Assembly: GCF_006345805.1 (NCBI RefSeq)
Contig: NC_043002.1
Coordinates: 310,001 to 374,000, forward strand
Reading direction: 5' to 3'
Length of the DNA: 64,000 bases
DNA from: Octopus sinensis
Lineage: Eukaryota
The notes beneath the pieces are model-generated. The model did not search any database. It worked only from the letters and a program-made list of their open reading frames with translations, and was not told the origin of the DNA. The translations under genes and the position numbers were made by a program. Shown one piece after another: positions 37,597 to 50,169 of the stretch; the stretch's first letter is position 1, and each line of letters starts with the position of its first letter.

Positions 37597-39648
37597 ATTT
37601 TATTACATGACGGAAGGATCAAATAATAGCTTCCTACTGCAATTATCAGCTTTTAGAGAACAGTTGTCTATGTATTACTAATGACATATGAGGCAAACAT
37701 TGAGATATACTTGTTGTTTAGCCCCAATAGAGAAGACCTATGATTAATGTTCCATCTGTGACTGTGCTATAATTTAGGACTACATCACTGAGTGTGAGTG
37801 TATCCTTCCTTTTCTGAGAAGTAGGGTGTAATCTGAGATATATTAGTGTAGTATTTTCCCCAACTATCCTTCAACAACAAGAGCAGGAACCACCTCAACA
37901 ACAACAACAACATGACCAGCAGTTGCAGTCACTTCTCAATCCTTGACCAATTAATAACATTTTAAATTCCACAATTAGCATTCCTCATCCCCTCCAAATG
38001 CCACAACTGAGCCACCATCATCATTGCCATCTTTTTTCTACTGCTGCCATCAACAGCCATGATTGCTCCTCTAGACGAGTGCAATTGTTTCTTTACAAAT
38101 GTGTCAATAACAGAGCATATCACTCGGATTTGAGAATTTGTATCACCTCACATATGGTTCAGGTCCCCCTTTGAGAATGACAGAGCACACCAAGAACCAT
38201 AATGATATACATAGTGGGGTTGGAGTGAAAGAAACAGTTTAAAAAGGGAAAAAGTCACTGATGCAACACTTATGAATGTCGGTGTTTAGACATTGTTTTC
38301 GTATTTTGTAATTTTTAATGTAATTTTCTTTGTAATTTTTTTGTAAATTTTGTAACTTTCTTTTGTTATTTTTTTGTACTTTTTTTTTATTTATTTTTTG
38401 TTGTTTAATTTTGATTCATCTCAAAATTCTTCGGTGTTTTAATGCCCCCTCTTTTCTTTTATCTCACTTCTGCTACATGATGGTCTAGTTGGATTTTAAC
38501 ATTGGTGGTCTGCTGAAAGGGAGGAAAAATGAAATTAAATGAAATTAAATAAAAAAGTTTAGGGTCATGCAGCCAAAAGACCAAAAGACCAAATTGGTTA
38601 AACAAGTTTCTCACCTCATACCAGCCTTCATCCTCCCCCTCCCCACCTCCTCCATCACATTCTAGGCGAGTTAACTCATACCTCTATCTCTCCCCTAACC
38701 CTTCTATCATCAGATTCAGATGGAATTAGTCCTGCTCATCCCTTTACTCACCCCACAACTCCCGTAATAGCCAACTCGCCTCCTACCCCTTCCTCTCAGC
38801 ATTAATGCTCTTCATCCAGCTCCCCACTCTAGCTCCATCACTAACCTTCTCCAACCTCTCTCTTATTCACCCCACTACTCTCATAACAGCCAGCCTACCT
38901 TCATCTTCTCCTGCACCCCACCCAAGTCCCACCACCAGAATTAATATTGTTCACCCAGCTATCCCCTCTACCTCCAGCACTAATCTTCCCCATCATCATC
39001 CCCCTCTCTGTCTAGATTCTAATTTTAATGACAGCCCTCCTGATGCTGTCAGTTCACCTCCAAGTTGTGTTCTCTACACCTGTACAAGTCACTCACTATT
39101 TGAAGATCATTAGATGCCACTTGTGTAGTTTAAGTTACCACAGGAACTGTATTTACATTACTAAGGTTCAAGCTGAAAGTTTTTGTCAGACTGGACATGG
39201 AACCAGTACCATTTCAGTTTCAATATACTTAGTAGGACAGAACCTTGCTCTGAAGTCCAGATCCCTGTAGAGGATTTTGCTGTTGCCCTCCAGGGCTTGT
39301 CCAAGTTGAAGCTCATCAATTGGATCCCTTAAAGAGCTCGAACTTGTTTCACCCATGTTCTCTTGAAACTAGTGAAGAACATCTGCCTACCCAACAACAC
39401 TTCAGATTGGCAGAAAGTGTTCTTGTTCCCTTTGTTATTTCACCATGTGATGAACGTGAATACAGGATCCCTTACATCGTCCCTTAAATAGTAGTTTGAG
39501 CTATTCCAATCCCCCCCAACCACTGTTCACTTCAGGTCAGTGATCAGCACAACCCTGAACAATTGTTGACAACCTAACTTAAAGAAGGCCATCAATGCCA
39601 AATTCAGCAAATTTGACATTAAAGGGGCTGTTTGCCAGCTCTCCTCCC

Positions 39649-40762
39649 TGTCTTCCCTCATCCTGTGTACCACACACTCCCTCAATCTACTATAAAAATA
39701 GTTATATGATCCTATTCTTAATAATATATTTTACTGACTATATTTTACATGCAGCGGCAATACACATAAGTTTGGAATGACAACAAGATTTCTTTTTAAG
39801 ATATATTTTACAATCATGTTTGATGTTGGAAGTTTGTAAGTGTTCGCATGTTTTTGTGTCTGTGTGTTCGTTAGGCGTAAAAAGGTACTGACCAGTGAAT
39901 TGACGATGGGATTTGATTCACAGTTAATGTTGTTGGTATCGGCTTGGCAACAGGTAATAACAGATGGCTTAAGGTAGTTCTTAGAAGAAACTAGAACCCA
40001 AGAAACAGATAATTGATTTACCGTTTATGAGGTACACTGTAAGAGTTCCATATCAAGATATTGCATGTCGCAGTTGAGATTAATTGAATCACTCGTGTTT
40101 ATCTTTCTCTTGATATGAATATACTTCAAGACATGTTTCTGTAGCCGTTTTCTTCGTGGCGAGAATTTCACCTAACCGCTATAGTTGAATCTGTAGTTGT
40201 CTCGTGTACAATTTAAATCTTCGATGTTTGTCGATTGGTTCTTGCTGCTTCTTCATTATTTTCTGCTTGGTTATTTTTCTCTAGTTATAGATATCTTGTA
40301 ACCGTTTTCTTCATGGTGATTTTTCACACTAACTGTATGAGAGGTATCTGTAACATCTTGTATTAATGGTGGTCGCCTGCCTCGAAACTGGAACTTGGTC
40401 GAGTATTCTCTGTGTGGTCAGAGACTTAGCTCTTAAAAGAACTAAAAGCCTAAGACGAGCTCTGTGTGGTCAGAGGTTCGCCCTGAGAAGGACTGGAAAC
40501 CTAAGACGAATATTCTTCTGAGAAACCTTATTTATAGGCTTTACATGGCTCCCAATGAACTTCCGAAATGGAAAGCTGTGATTGGCTGCTTGGAACTATG
40601 GCGCGAAATAAGTCGAGACATTTTGCGCCAAGTTATAACCAGCGGTGCGAGCGTAGTAGAGACCAACGTGTCAGCCAATCGAATTAGTGTTTACATCAAT
40701 GTTGAACTAGCCAAAGCTGTTTGTAATCTCGACGAGGTCATTCTATATACTCTTCTCAAACA
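39649..40762 (-). mobile_element. ~1.1-kb LTR-like/promoter-bearing insertion splitting the CRE ORF
   Basis: CRE frame QLSS|SEDS is interrupted; TGT..ACA ends; minus-strand CCAAT, TTTCGCGCCA and TATAAATA clustered at 40525-40680; no TSD seen. Confidence 0.5.
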
Positions 40763-41814
40763 GTGAAGTGAGATAGCACTGAGAGACGATATTGCTACAC
40801 TACTAAAGGAAAAACATCCTCAAGCCCTTGACAACGACTACACATACACTAGCCTGACCCACCAGGTTATTTACAACCTGTTTTCACATCTGACAATGTC
40901 AGGAAGGCAATTGAATCTTTTCCTGTGGGTTCTGGCACATTTGATAGTTTACAACCTCAGCGTCTCAAAGATGGTATCTCCCTGTCAGCCAGTGATGCTG
41001 GTCTTGAGCTCTTGGAGAACAAACACAGTTCATAAACTTGTTCTTGTCCCCTGTTCTTTGGGGTTGATTTATTTGATCTCAGCAAGCCCAATGTGACCTC
41101 CACCCCTTAGCAGTTGGTTGTACTCTGTGATGGCTCACAGCGAAAGTGTGTCTATCCTCAGTTTCTAACTGCTTATCCACTGAATTTTCCCTTACTCAGC
41201 TAGCAGTGGGTACTAAGCTAGGTTGCTACACATGCCACTAGGGGCTTTCACTACTTGTCCTCTGAGTCCCCAAATGTCGTCCTTTAAAATCTTCAGTTCC
41301 CCAGGGACGTCCACCAACTGTACGCATCACGGGGACTTAAATAATACCCTCATGGATCGTCTTTTTCATCAACCGTGACAGTAGGGTGTATCCTCCATGC
41401 AGTAAGGGAGAATGCCCCCACAGCTTATCATTTTGCTTGGGAAGCTTATCAGGAACTTCCTATCTCTGCTTTGGTGACCACCTCATGCCATCTGCTTCTG
41501 GAGTAAAACCAGGGTGATCCACTTGGACCTGCTCTCTTTGCACTGGGTATTGATTGATGTACCAAGATAGAAGCTGATCTAGACTTAAATGTCTGGTGTC
41601 TTGATGATGCTTGTTGGGAAGGCCTCCCTGATAAGGTCCTTGCAGCCTGTGCGGACAATAATGAGAAACTTGGTCATAAGATCCTCAATCATTAACATTT
41701 CAAACATGAGCTCTGGTTCCTCAACCAGCCAGCTTACATTGAACCAGCTGTAAACCTGTTTACAAACTCTGTCCCCTCTATCATAGTGCTTGTTCATCAG
41801 CCAAACTTTTCTAC

Positions 41815-42462
41815 CATCGACTCTTTGTTAAAACTTCTCCTTCACATCGACCCCCCTTTAGCCACTTCTCCTTCCAATCGACCCTTTAGCCACTTCTCCT
41901 TCCACATCGATCTCAGTTAGAAACTTCTTCTTCCACATCGACCCCCTTTAGCAACTTCTTCCACATCGCCCCTTTAGCCACTTTCCCTTTCAACATCGAC
42001 CCCTTTAGCCACTTCTTCCACATCGGCCCCTTTAGACTACTTCTTCTTCCACATCGACCCCCTTTAGCCACTTCTTCCACATCGACCACTTTTATAAGCC
42101 ATTCTCTTCCACATCAAACACCCTTTAGCCACTTCTCCTCCACATCGACCACCTTTAGCCACTTCTCCTTCCACATCGACCTCTTTAGCACTTATCCTGT
42201 CCACATCGACCCTTAGCCACTCTCCTTCCACATCGACCCCTTTAGCCCCTTCTCTTCCACATCGCATCTTCCTTCCACATCGCCCCCTTTAGCCACTTCT
42301 CCTTCCACATCGACCCTTTTAGCCACTTCTCCTTCCACATCGACCCCCTTAAGCCACTTCTATCCCACATCGACCCCTTTAGCCACTTCTCCTTCCACAT
42401 CGACCTCTTTTAGCCACTTCTCCTTCCACATCGACCCCCTTTAGCCACTTCTCTTCCACATC
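41815..42462. repeat. 31-bp satellite, first (noisy) block
   Basis: Unit tttagccacttctccttccacatcgacccc(c/t) with many indels. Confidence 0.9.
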
Positions 42463-43629
42463 AATAAGTCGAGACATTTTGCGCCAAGTTATAACCAGCG
42501 GTGCGAGCGTAGTAGAGACCAACGTGTCAGCCAATCGAATTAGTGTTTACATCAATGTTGAACTAGCCAAAGCTGTTTGTAATCTCGACCGAGGTCATTC
42601 TATATACTCTTCTCAAACAGTGAAGATAGCACTGAGAGACGATATTGCTACACTACTAAAGGAAAAACATCCTCAAGCCCTTGACAACGACTACCTACAC
42701 TAGCCTGACCCACCAGGTTATTTACAACCTGTTTTCACATCTGACAATGTCAGGAAGGCAATTGAATCTTTTCCTGTGGGTTCTGGCACATTTGATAGTT
42801 TACAACCTCAGCGTCTCAAAGATGGTATCTCCCTGTCAGCCAGTGATGCTGGTCTTGAGCTCTTGGAGAACCTAACACAGTTCATAAACTTGTTCTTGTC
42901 CCCTGTTCTTTGGGGTTGATTTATTTGATCTCAGCAAGCCCAATGGTGACCTCCACCCCTTAGCAGTTGGTTGTACTCTGTGATGGCTCACAGCGAAAGT
43001 GTGTCTATCCTCAGTTTCTAACTGCTTATCCACTGAATTTTCCCTTACTCAGCTAGCAGTGGGTACTAAGCTAGGTTGCTACACATGCCACTAGGGCTTT
43101 CACTAACTTGTCCTCTGAGTCCCCAAATGTCGTCCTTAAAAATACCTTCAGTTCCATCAATGTTGACCTTAAAAATACCTTCAGTTCCATCAACCAGGAC
43201 GTCATCCTCCATGCAGTAAGGGAGAATGCCCCACAGCTTTATCATTTTGCTTGGGAAGCTTATCAGGAAACTTCCTATCTCTGCTTTGGTGACCACCTCA
43301 TGCCATCTGCTTCTGGAGTACAACAGGGTGATCCACTTGGACCTGCTCTCTTTGCACTGGGTATTGATGATGTTACCAAGATAGAAGCTGATCTAGACTT
43401 AAATGTCTGGTGTCTTGATGATGCTTGTTGGGAAGGCCCTCCTGATAAGGTCCTTGCAGCTGTGCGGACAATAACTGAGTAACTTGGTCATAAGATCCTC
43501 AATCATTAACATTTCAAAACATGAGCTCTGGTTCCTCAACCAGCCAGCTTACATGAACCAGCTGTAAACCTGTTTACAAACTCTGTCCCCTCTATCATAG
43601 TGCCTTGTTCATCAGCCAAACTTTTCCTA

Positions 43630-46600
43630 CCATCGACTCGTTAACCACTTCTCCTTCCACATCGACCCCCTTTAGCCACTTCTCCTTCCACATCGACCCC
43701 CTTTAGCCACTTCTCCTTCCACATCGATCTCATTTAGCCACTTCTTCTTCCACATCGACCCCCTTTAGCCACTTCTTCCACATCGACCCCCTTTAGCCAC
43801 TTCTCCTTCCACATCGACCCCCTTTAGCCACTTCTTCCACATCGACCCCCTTTAGCTACTTCTTCTTCCACATCGACCCCCTTTAGCCACTTCTTCCACA
43901 TCGACCCCTTTTAGCCACTCGACCCCCCTTTAGCCACTTCTCTTTCCTTCCACATCGACCCCCTTTAGCCACTTCTCTCTTCCACATCGACCCCTTTTAT
44001 TTAGCCACTTCTCCTTCCACATCGACCCCTTTAGCCACTTCTCCTTCCCATCGAACCCCTTTAGCACTTCTCCTTCCACATCGACCCCTTTAGCACTTCT
44101 CCTTCCACATCGAACCCCCTTTAGCCACTTCTCCTTCCACATCGACCCCTTTTAGCCACTTCTCCTTCCACATCGACCCCCTTTAGCCACTTCTTCCTTC
44201 CACATCGACCCCTTTTAGCCACTTCTCCTTCCACATCGACCCCCTTTTTTTACTAGCACTTCTCCTTCCACATCGACCCCCTTTAGCCACTTCTCCTTCC
44301 ACATCGACCCCCTTTTAGTAGCCACTTCTCCTTCCACATCGACCCCCTTTAGCCACTCCTCCTTCCACATCGACCCCCTTTAGCCAACTTCTCTTCCACA
44401 TCGACCACCCTTTTAGCCACTTTCCTTCCACATCGCCCCCTTTTAGCCACTTCTCCTTCCACATCGACACCCTTTTAGCCACTTCTCCCTTCCACAACCT
44501 ACGACCCCTTTAGCCACTTCTCCTTCCCATCGACCCTGTCCCTTTTTATAGACTTTTTAGCCACTTCTCCTTCCACATCGACCCCCTTTAGCCACTTCTC
44601 CTTTCCACATCGACCCCCTTTAGCCACTTCTCCTTCCACATCGACCCCTTTTAGCCACTTCTCCTTCCACGTCGAACCCTTTAGCCACTTCTCCTTCCAC
44701 ATCGACCCCTTTTCCACTTCTCCTTCCACATCGACTCCCTTTAGCCACTTCTCCTTCCACATCGACCCCTTTTAGCCACTTCTTCCTTCGCTACATCGAC
44801 CCCTTTTAGCCACTTCTCCTTCCACATCGACCCCTTTTAACCACTTCTCCTTCCACATCAACCCCTTTAGCCACTTTTCCTTCCACATCGACCCCCTTCA
44901 GCCACTTCTCCTTCCACATCGACCCCTTTTTAGCCACTTCTCCTTCCACATCGACCCTTTAGCCACTTCTCCTTCCACATCGACCCCTTTAGCCACTTCT
45001 CCTTCCACATCGACCCCTTTAGCCACTTCTCCTTCCCATCGACCCCCTTTAGCCACTTCTCCTTCCACATCGACCCCTTTAGCCACTTCTCCTTCCACAT
45101 CGACCCCTTTAGCCACTTCTCCTTCCACATCGACCCCTTTAGCCACTTCTTCCTTCCCCATCGACCCCTTTAGCCACTTCTCCTTCCACATCGACCCTTT
45201 AGCCACTTCTCCTTCCACATCGACCCCTTTAGCCACTTCTCCTTCCACATCACCTCCCTTTTAGCCACTTCTCCTTCCACATCGACCCCTTTAGCCACTT
45301 CTCCTTCCACATCGACCTCTTTAGCCACTTCTCCTTCCACATCGACCCCCTTTTAGCCACTTCTCCTTCCACATCGACCCCTTTAGCCACTTCTCCTTCC
45401 ACATCGACCCCTTTAGCCACTTCTCCTTCCACATCGACCTCTTTTAGCCACTTCTCCTTCCACATCGACCCCCTTTAGCCACTTCTCCTTCCACATCGAC
45501 CCCTTTTAGCCACTTCTCCTTCCACATCGACCCCTTTTAGCCACTTCTCCTTCCACATCGACCCCTTTTAGCCACTTCTCCTTCCACATCGACCCCCTTT
45601 AGCCACTTCTCCTTCGACATCGACCCCTTTAGCCACTTCTCCTTCCACATCGACCCCTTTAGCCACTTCTCCTTCCACATCGACCCCTTTTAGCCACTTC
45701 TCCTTCCACATCGACCTCTTTTAGCCACTTCTCCTTCCACATCGACCCCTTTAACCACTTCTCCTTCCATATCGACCCCTTTTTAGCCACTTCCCCTTCC
45801 ACATCGACCCCCTTTAGCCACTTCTCCTTCCACATCGACCCCTTTAGCCACTTCTCCTTCCACATCGACCTCTTTTAGCCACTTCTCTTCCACATCGACC
45901 CCTTTAGCCACTTCTCCTTCCACATCGACCCCTTTAGCCACTTCTCCTTCCCCATCGACCCCCCTTTAGCCACTTCTCCTTCCACATCGACCCCTTTTAG
46001 CCACTTCTCCTTCCACATCGACCCCCTTTAGCCACTTCTCCTTCCACATCGACCCCTTTTAGCCACTTCTCCTTCTCCATCGACCCCTTTAGCCACTTCT
46101 CCTTCCCATCGAACCCCTTTAGCCACTTCTCCTTCCACATCAACCCCTTTTAGCCACTTCTCCTTCCCCATCGAATCCTTTAGCCACTTCTCCTTCCCCA
46201 TCGACCCCCTTTAGCCACTTCTCCTTCCACATCGACCCCCTTCAGCCACTTCTCCTTCCACATCGACCCCTTTTAGCCACTTCTCCTTCCACATCGACCC
46301 CCTTTAGCCACTTCTCCTTCCACATCGACCCCTTTTAGCCACTTCTCCTCCCACATCGACCCTTTTAGCCACTTCTCCTTCCACATCGACCCCCTTTAGC
46401 CACTTCTCCTTCCACATCGACCCCCTTTAGCCACTTGTACTTCCACATCGACCCCTTTTAGCCACTTCTCCTTCCACATCGACCCCTTTAGCCACTTCTC
46501 CTTCCACATCGACCCCTTTTAGCCACTTCTCCTTCCACATCGACCCCTTTAGCCACTTCTCCTTCCACATCGACCCCTTTAGCCACTTCTCCTTCCACAT

Positions 46601-49230
46601 CGACCCTTTTAGCCACTTCTCCTTCCACATCGACCCCTTTAGCCACTTCTCCTTCCACATCGACCCCTTTTAGCCACTTCTCCTTCCACATCGACCCCTT
46701 TTAGCCACTTCTCCTTCCACATCGACCCCTTTAGCCACTTCCCTTCCACATCGACCCCCTTTAGCCACTTCTCCTTCCACATCGACCCCTTTTAGCCACT
46801 TCTCCTTCCACATCGACCCCTTTTAGCCACTTCTCCTTCCACATCGACCCCTTTAGCCACTTCTCCTTCCACATCGACCCCTTTAGCCACTTCTCCTTCC
46901 ACATCGACCCCTTTAGCCACTTCTCCTTCCACATTGACCCCCTTTAGCCACTTCTCCTTCCACATCGACCCCTTTAGCCACTTCTCCTTCCACATCGACC
47001 CCTTTTAGCCACTTCTCCTTCCACATCGACCTCTTTTAGCCACTTCTCCTTCCACATCGACCCCCTTTAGCCACTTCTTCCACATCGACCTCTTTTAGCC
47101 ACTTCTCCTTCCACATCGACCCCTTTTAGCCACTTCTCCTTCCACATCGACCCCCTTTAGCCACTTCTCCTTCCACATCGACCCCCTTTAGCCACTTCTC
47201 CTTCCACATCGACCTCTTTTAGCCACTTCTCCTTCCACATCGACCCCCTTTAGCCACTTCTCCTTCCACATCGACCTCTTTTAGCCACTTCTCCTTCCAC
47301 ATCGACCCCTTTTAGCCACTTCTCCTTCCACGTCGACCCCTTTTAGCCACTTCTCCTTCTACATCGACCCCCTTTAGCCACTTCTCCTTCGACATCGACC
47401 CCTTTTAGCCACTTCTCCTTCCACATCGACCCGTTTTAGCCACTTCTCCTTCCACATCGACCCCCTTTAGCCACTTCTCCTTCCACATCGACCTCTTTTA
47501 GCCACTTCTCCTTCCACATCGACCCCTTTTAACCACTTCTCCTTCCATATCGACCCCTTTTAGCCACTTCCCCTTCCACATCGACCCCCTTTAGCCACTT
47601 CTCCTTCCACATCGACCCCTTTTAGCCACTTCTCCTTCCACATCGACCTCTTTTAGCCACTTCTCCTTCCACATCGACCCCCTTTAGCCACTTCTCCTTC
47701 CACATCGACCCCTTTTAGCCACTTCTCCTTCCCCATCGACCCCCTTTAGCCACTTCTCCTTCCACATCGACCCCTTTTAGCCACTTCTCCTTCCACATCG
47801 ACCCCCTTTAGCCACTTCTCCTTCCACATCGACCCCCTTTTAGCCACTTCTCCTTCTCCATCGAACCCCTTTAGCCACTTCTCCTTCCCCATCGAACCCC
47901 TTTAGCCACTTCTCCTTCCACATCAACCCCTTTTAGCCACTTCTCCTTCCCCATCGAATCTCTTTAGCCACTTCTCCTTCCCCATCGACCCCCTTTAGCC
48001 ACTTCTCCTTCCACATCGACCCCCTTCAGCCACTTCTCCTTCCACATCGACCCCTTTTAGCCACTTCTCCTTCCACATCGACCCCCTTTAGCCACTTCTC
48101 CTTCCACATCGACCCCTTTTAGCCACTTCTCCTCCCACATCGACCTCTTTTAGCCACTTCTCCTTCCACATCGACCCCCTTTAGCCACTTCTCCTTCCAC
48201 ATCGACCCCCTTTAGCCACTTGTACTTCCACATCGACCCCTTTTAGCCACTTCTCCTTCCACATCGACCCCCTTTAGCCACTTCTCCTTCCACATCGACC
48301 CCTTTTAGCCACTTCTCCTTCCACATCGACCCCCTTTAGCCACTTCTCCTTCCACATCGACCCCCTTTAGCCACTTCTCCTTCCACATCGACCTCTTTTA
48401 GCCACTTCTCCTTCCACATCGACCCCCTTTAGCCACTTCTCCTTCCACATCGACCCCTTTTAGCCACTTCTCCTTCCACATCGACCCCTTTTAGCCACTT
48501 CTCCTTCCACATCGACCCCCTTTAGCCACTTCACCTTCCACATCGACCCCCTTTAGCCACTTCTCCTTCCACATCGACCCCTTTTAGCCACTTCTCCTTC
48601 CACATCGACCCCTTTTAGCCACTTCTCCTTCCACATCGACCCCCTTTAGCCACTTCTCCTTCCACATCGACCCCCTTTAGCCACTTCTCCTTCCACATCG
48701 ACCCCCTTTAGCCACTTCTCCTTCCACATTGACCCCCTTTAGCCACTTCTCCTTCCACATCGACCCCTTTTAGCCACTTCTCCTTCCACATCGACCCCCT
48801 TTAGCCACTTCACCTTCCACATCGACCCCCTTTAGCCACTTCTCCTTCCACATCGACCCCTTTTAGCCACTTCTCCTTCCACATCGACCCCTTTTAGCCA
48901 CTTCTCCTTCCACATCGACCCCCTTTAGCCACTTCTCCTTCCACATCGACCCCTTTTAGCCACTTCTCCTTCCACATCGACCCCTTTTAGCCACTTCTCC
49001 TTCCACATCGACCCCCTTTAGCCACTTCTCCTTCCACATCGACCCCTTTAGCCACTTCTCCTTCCACATCGACCCCCTTTAGCCACTTCTCCTTCCACAT
49101 CGACCCCCTTTAGCCACTTCTCCTTCCACATCGACCCCCTTTAGCCACTTCTCCTTCCACATCGACCCCCTTTAGCCACTTCTCCTTCCACATCGACCCC
49201 CTTTAGCCACTTCTCCTTCCACATCGACCA
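43630..49230. repeat. 31-bp tandem satellite array, ~5.6 kb (~180 units)
   Basis: Unit TTTAGCCACTTCTCCTTCCACATCGACCCC(C/T), no spacers. Confidence 0.97.
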
Positions 49231-49276
49231 CCTTCCTCATTTAAAATAACTTAATACCCATATCTTAAAGGCATAC

Positions 49277-49715
49277 CAGATATTGATGCTGGCAATTAAA
49301 ATGTTAGCTAAAATATACGCGTTCGACAATTTAGGAAGTTCCATTGAAGATGACTCTTTTTTCATTTAAAACTGCGTTTACAAATATTTACAGTATTAAA
49401 CTTTTAATTTTTATGAAATTATTTTCATGGTTAGAAAATGCGAAAAACGCCTCATGTTTTCCGACGTTTCATGGCGCTGACAAAATATTTCGAGCAGTTC
49501 AACTGGATGAGCCGTTCTTTCGCACGCCAACCCCACTTCTATTCCTTGGCTATCCTCGCCCCGACCCCTTGGGCCTCACTGCCCTAGATAGACACTGAAA
49601 GGTGATTTTAACAAAATATTAGCCTAAGGGAGATAACTCATATCATCGAACTCTTCGGTCAACTTCGGTCGTTTCCGCTCTTTTCAAATTTTTCTTTCTT
49701 CGGAATCGCTTCTCG
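49277..49715. promoter_or_regulatory. Probable bidirectional promoter and non-coding first exons of SREK1IP1 (-) and VPS72 (+)
   Basis: Locally CpG-rich unique DNA between divergent genes; minus donor CTG|gtatgc at 49276; plus donor TCG|gtgagt at 49716; the VPS72 ATG exon has an upstream acceptor. Confidence 0.6.
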
Positions 49716-50054
49716 GTGAGTTTTTTCACCTTTTTTCACCTTTTATTAATAATAAACATCTTTGTTGTTACATAAAATTTTATTTATACAATCTTTTACC
49801 TTCAAATTCTAAAAATTAATTGATTCCTATAATTTTAGGGGTTTTCTTTTCTGTTAGTCCGTTGAAAAGTATCTTTGTTTTAAAATAGTTTCTTTTTTCT
49901 CTCGTTTCGCATCAAATTGTAATTAAGAGCGAAATTCAGCCAAGTGTGACGGATTTCATTCTTGAAAAGTTATCAAAACTTTCATTTGCGAGTCTAATGT
50001 TAACGCAGAAACAGTTGAGCACCAACAAACAAAGCACTCACCTCTAGCCATATA

Positions 50055-50106
<52 letters not shown>

Positions 50107-50169
50107 CATATATATATATATTCTCTTATATGTTTCAGTCCAATGACCGTGGCCATGCTGGGGCACCGC

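Larger units (their letters stand above)
38600..43640 (+). mobile_element. Decayed CRE-clade (RLE-type) non-LTR retrotransposon: PHD-like finger, N-terminal region and RT; interrupted and partly duplicated
   Basis: CHLCSLSYHRNC; WIP*RAR..DWQKVFLFP; KAINAKFSKFDIKGAVCQLSS; LLKEKHP; AIESFPVGS..LQPQRLKD; DLHPLAVGCTL; GVQQGDPLGPALF; WCLDD. Confidence 0.75.

Noticed and set aside
43930-46995. ORFs encoding (KEKWLKGSMW)/(GVDVEGEVAK) repeats
   Set aside because: Translations of the 31-bp satellite, open only where units happen to be 30 bp
41815-49230. CRISPR-like or retron-like array next to a reverse transcriptase
   Set aside because: Units are contiguous with no unique spacers, there are no cas genes, the context is eukaryotic, and the RT is a frameshifted non-LTR relic
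49277-49334. ATG ORF (MELPKLSN...) as SREK1IP1 coding start
   Set aside because: Its donor is phase 2, out of frame with the phase-1 exon at 29091; at most a uORF
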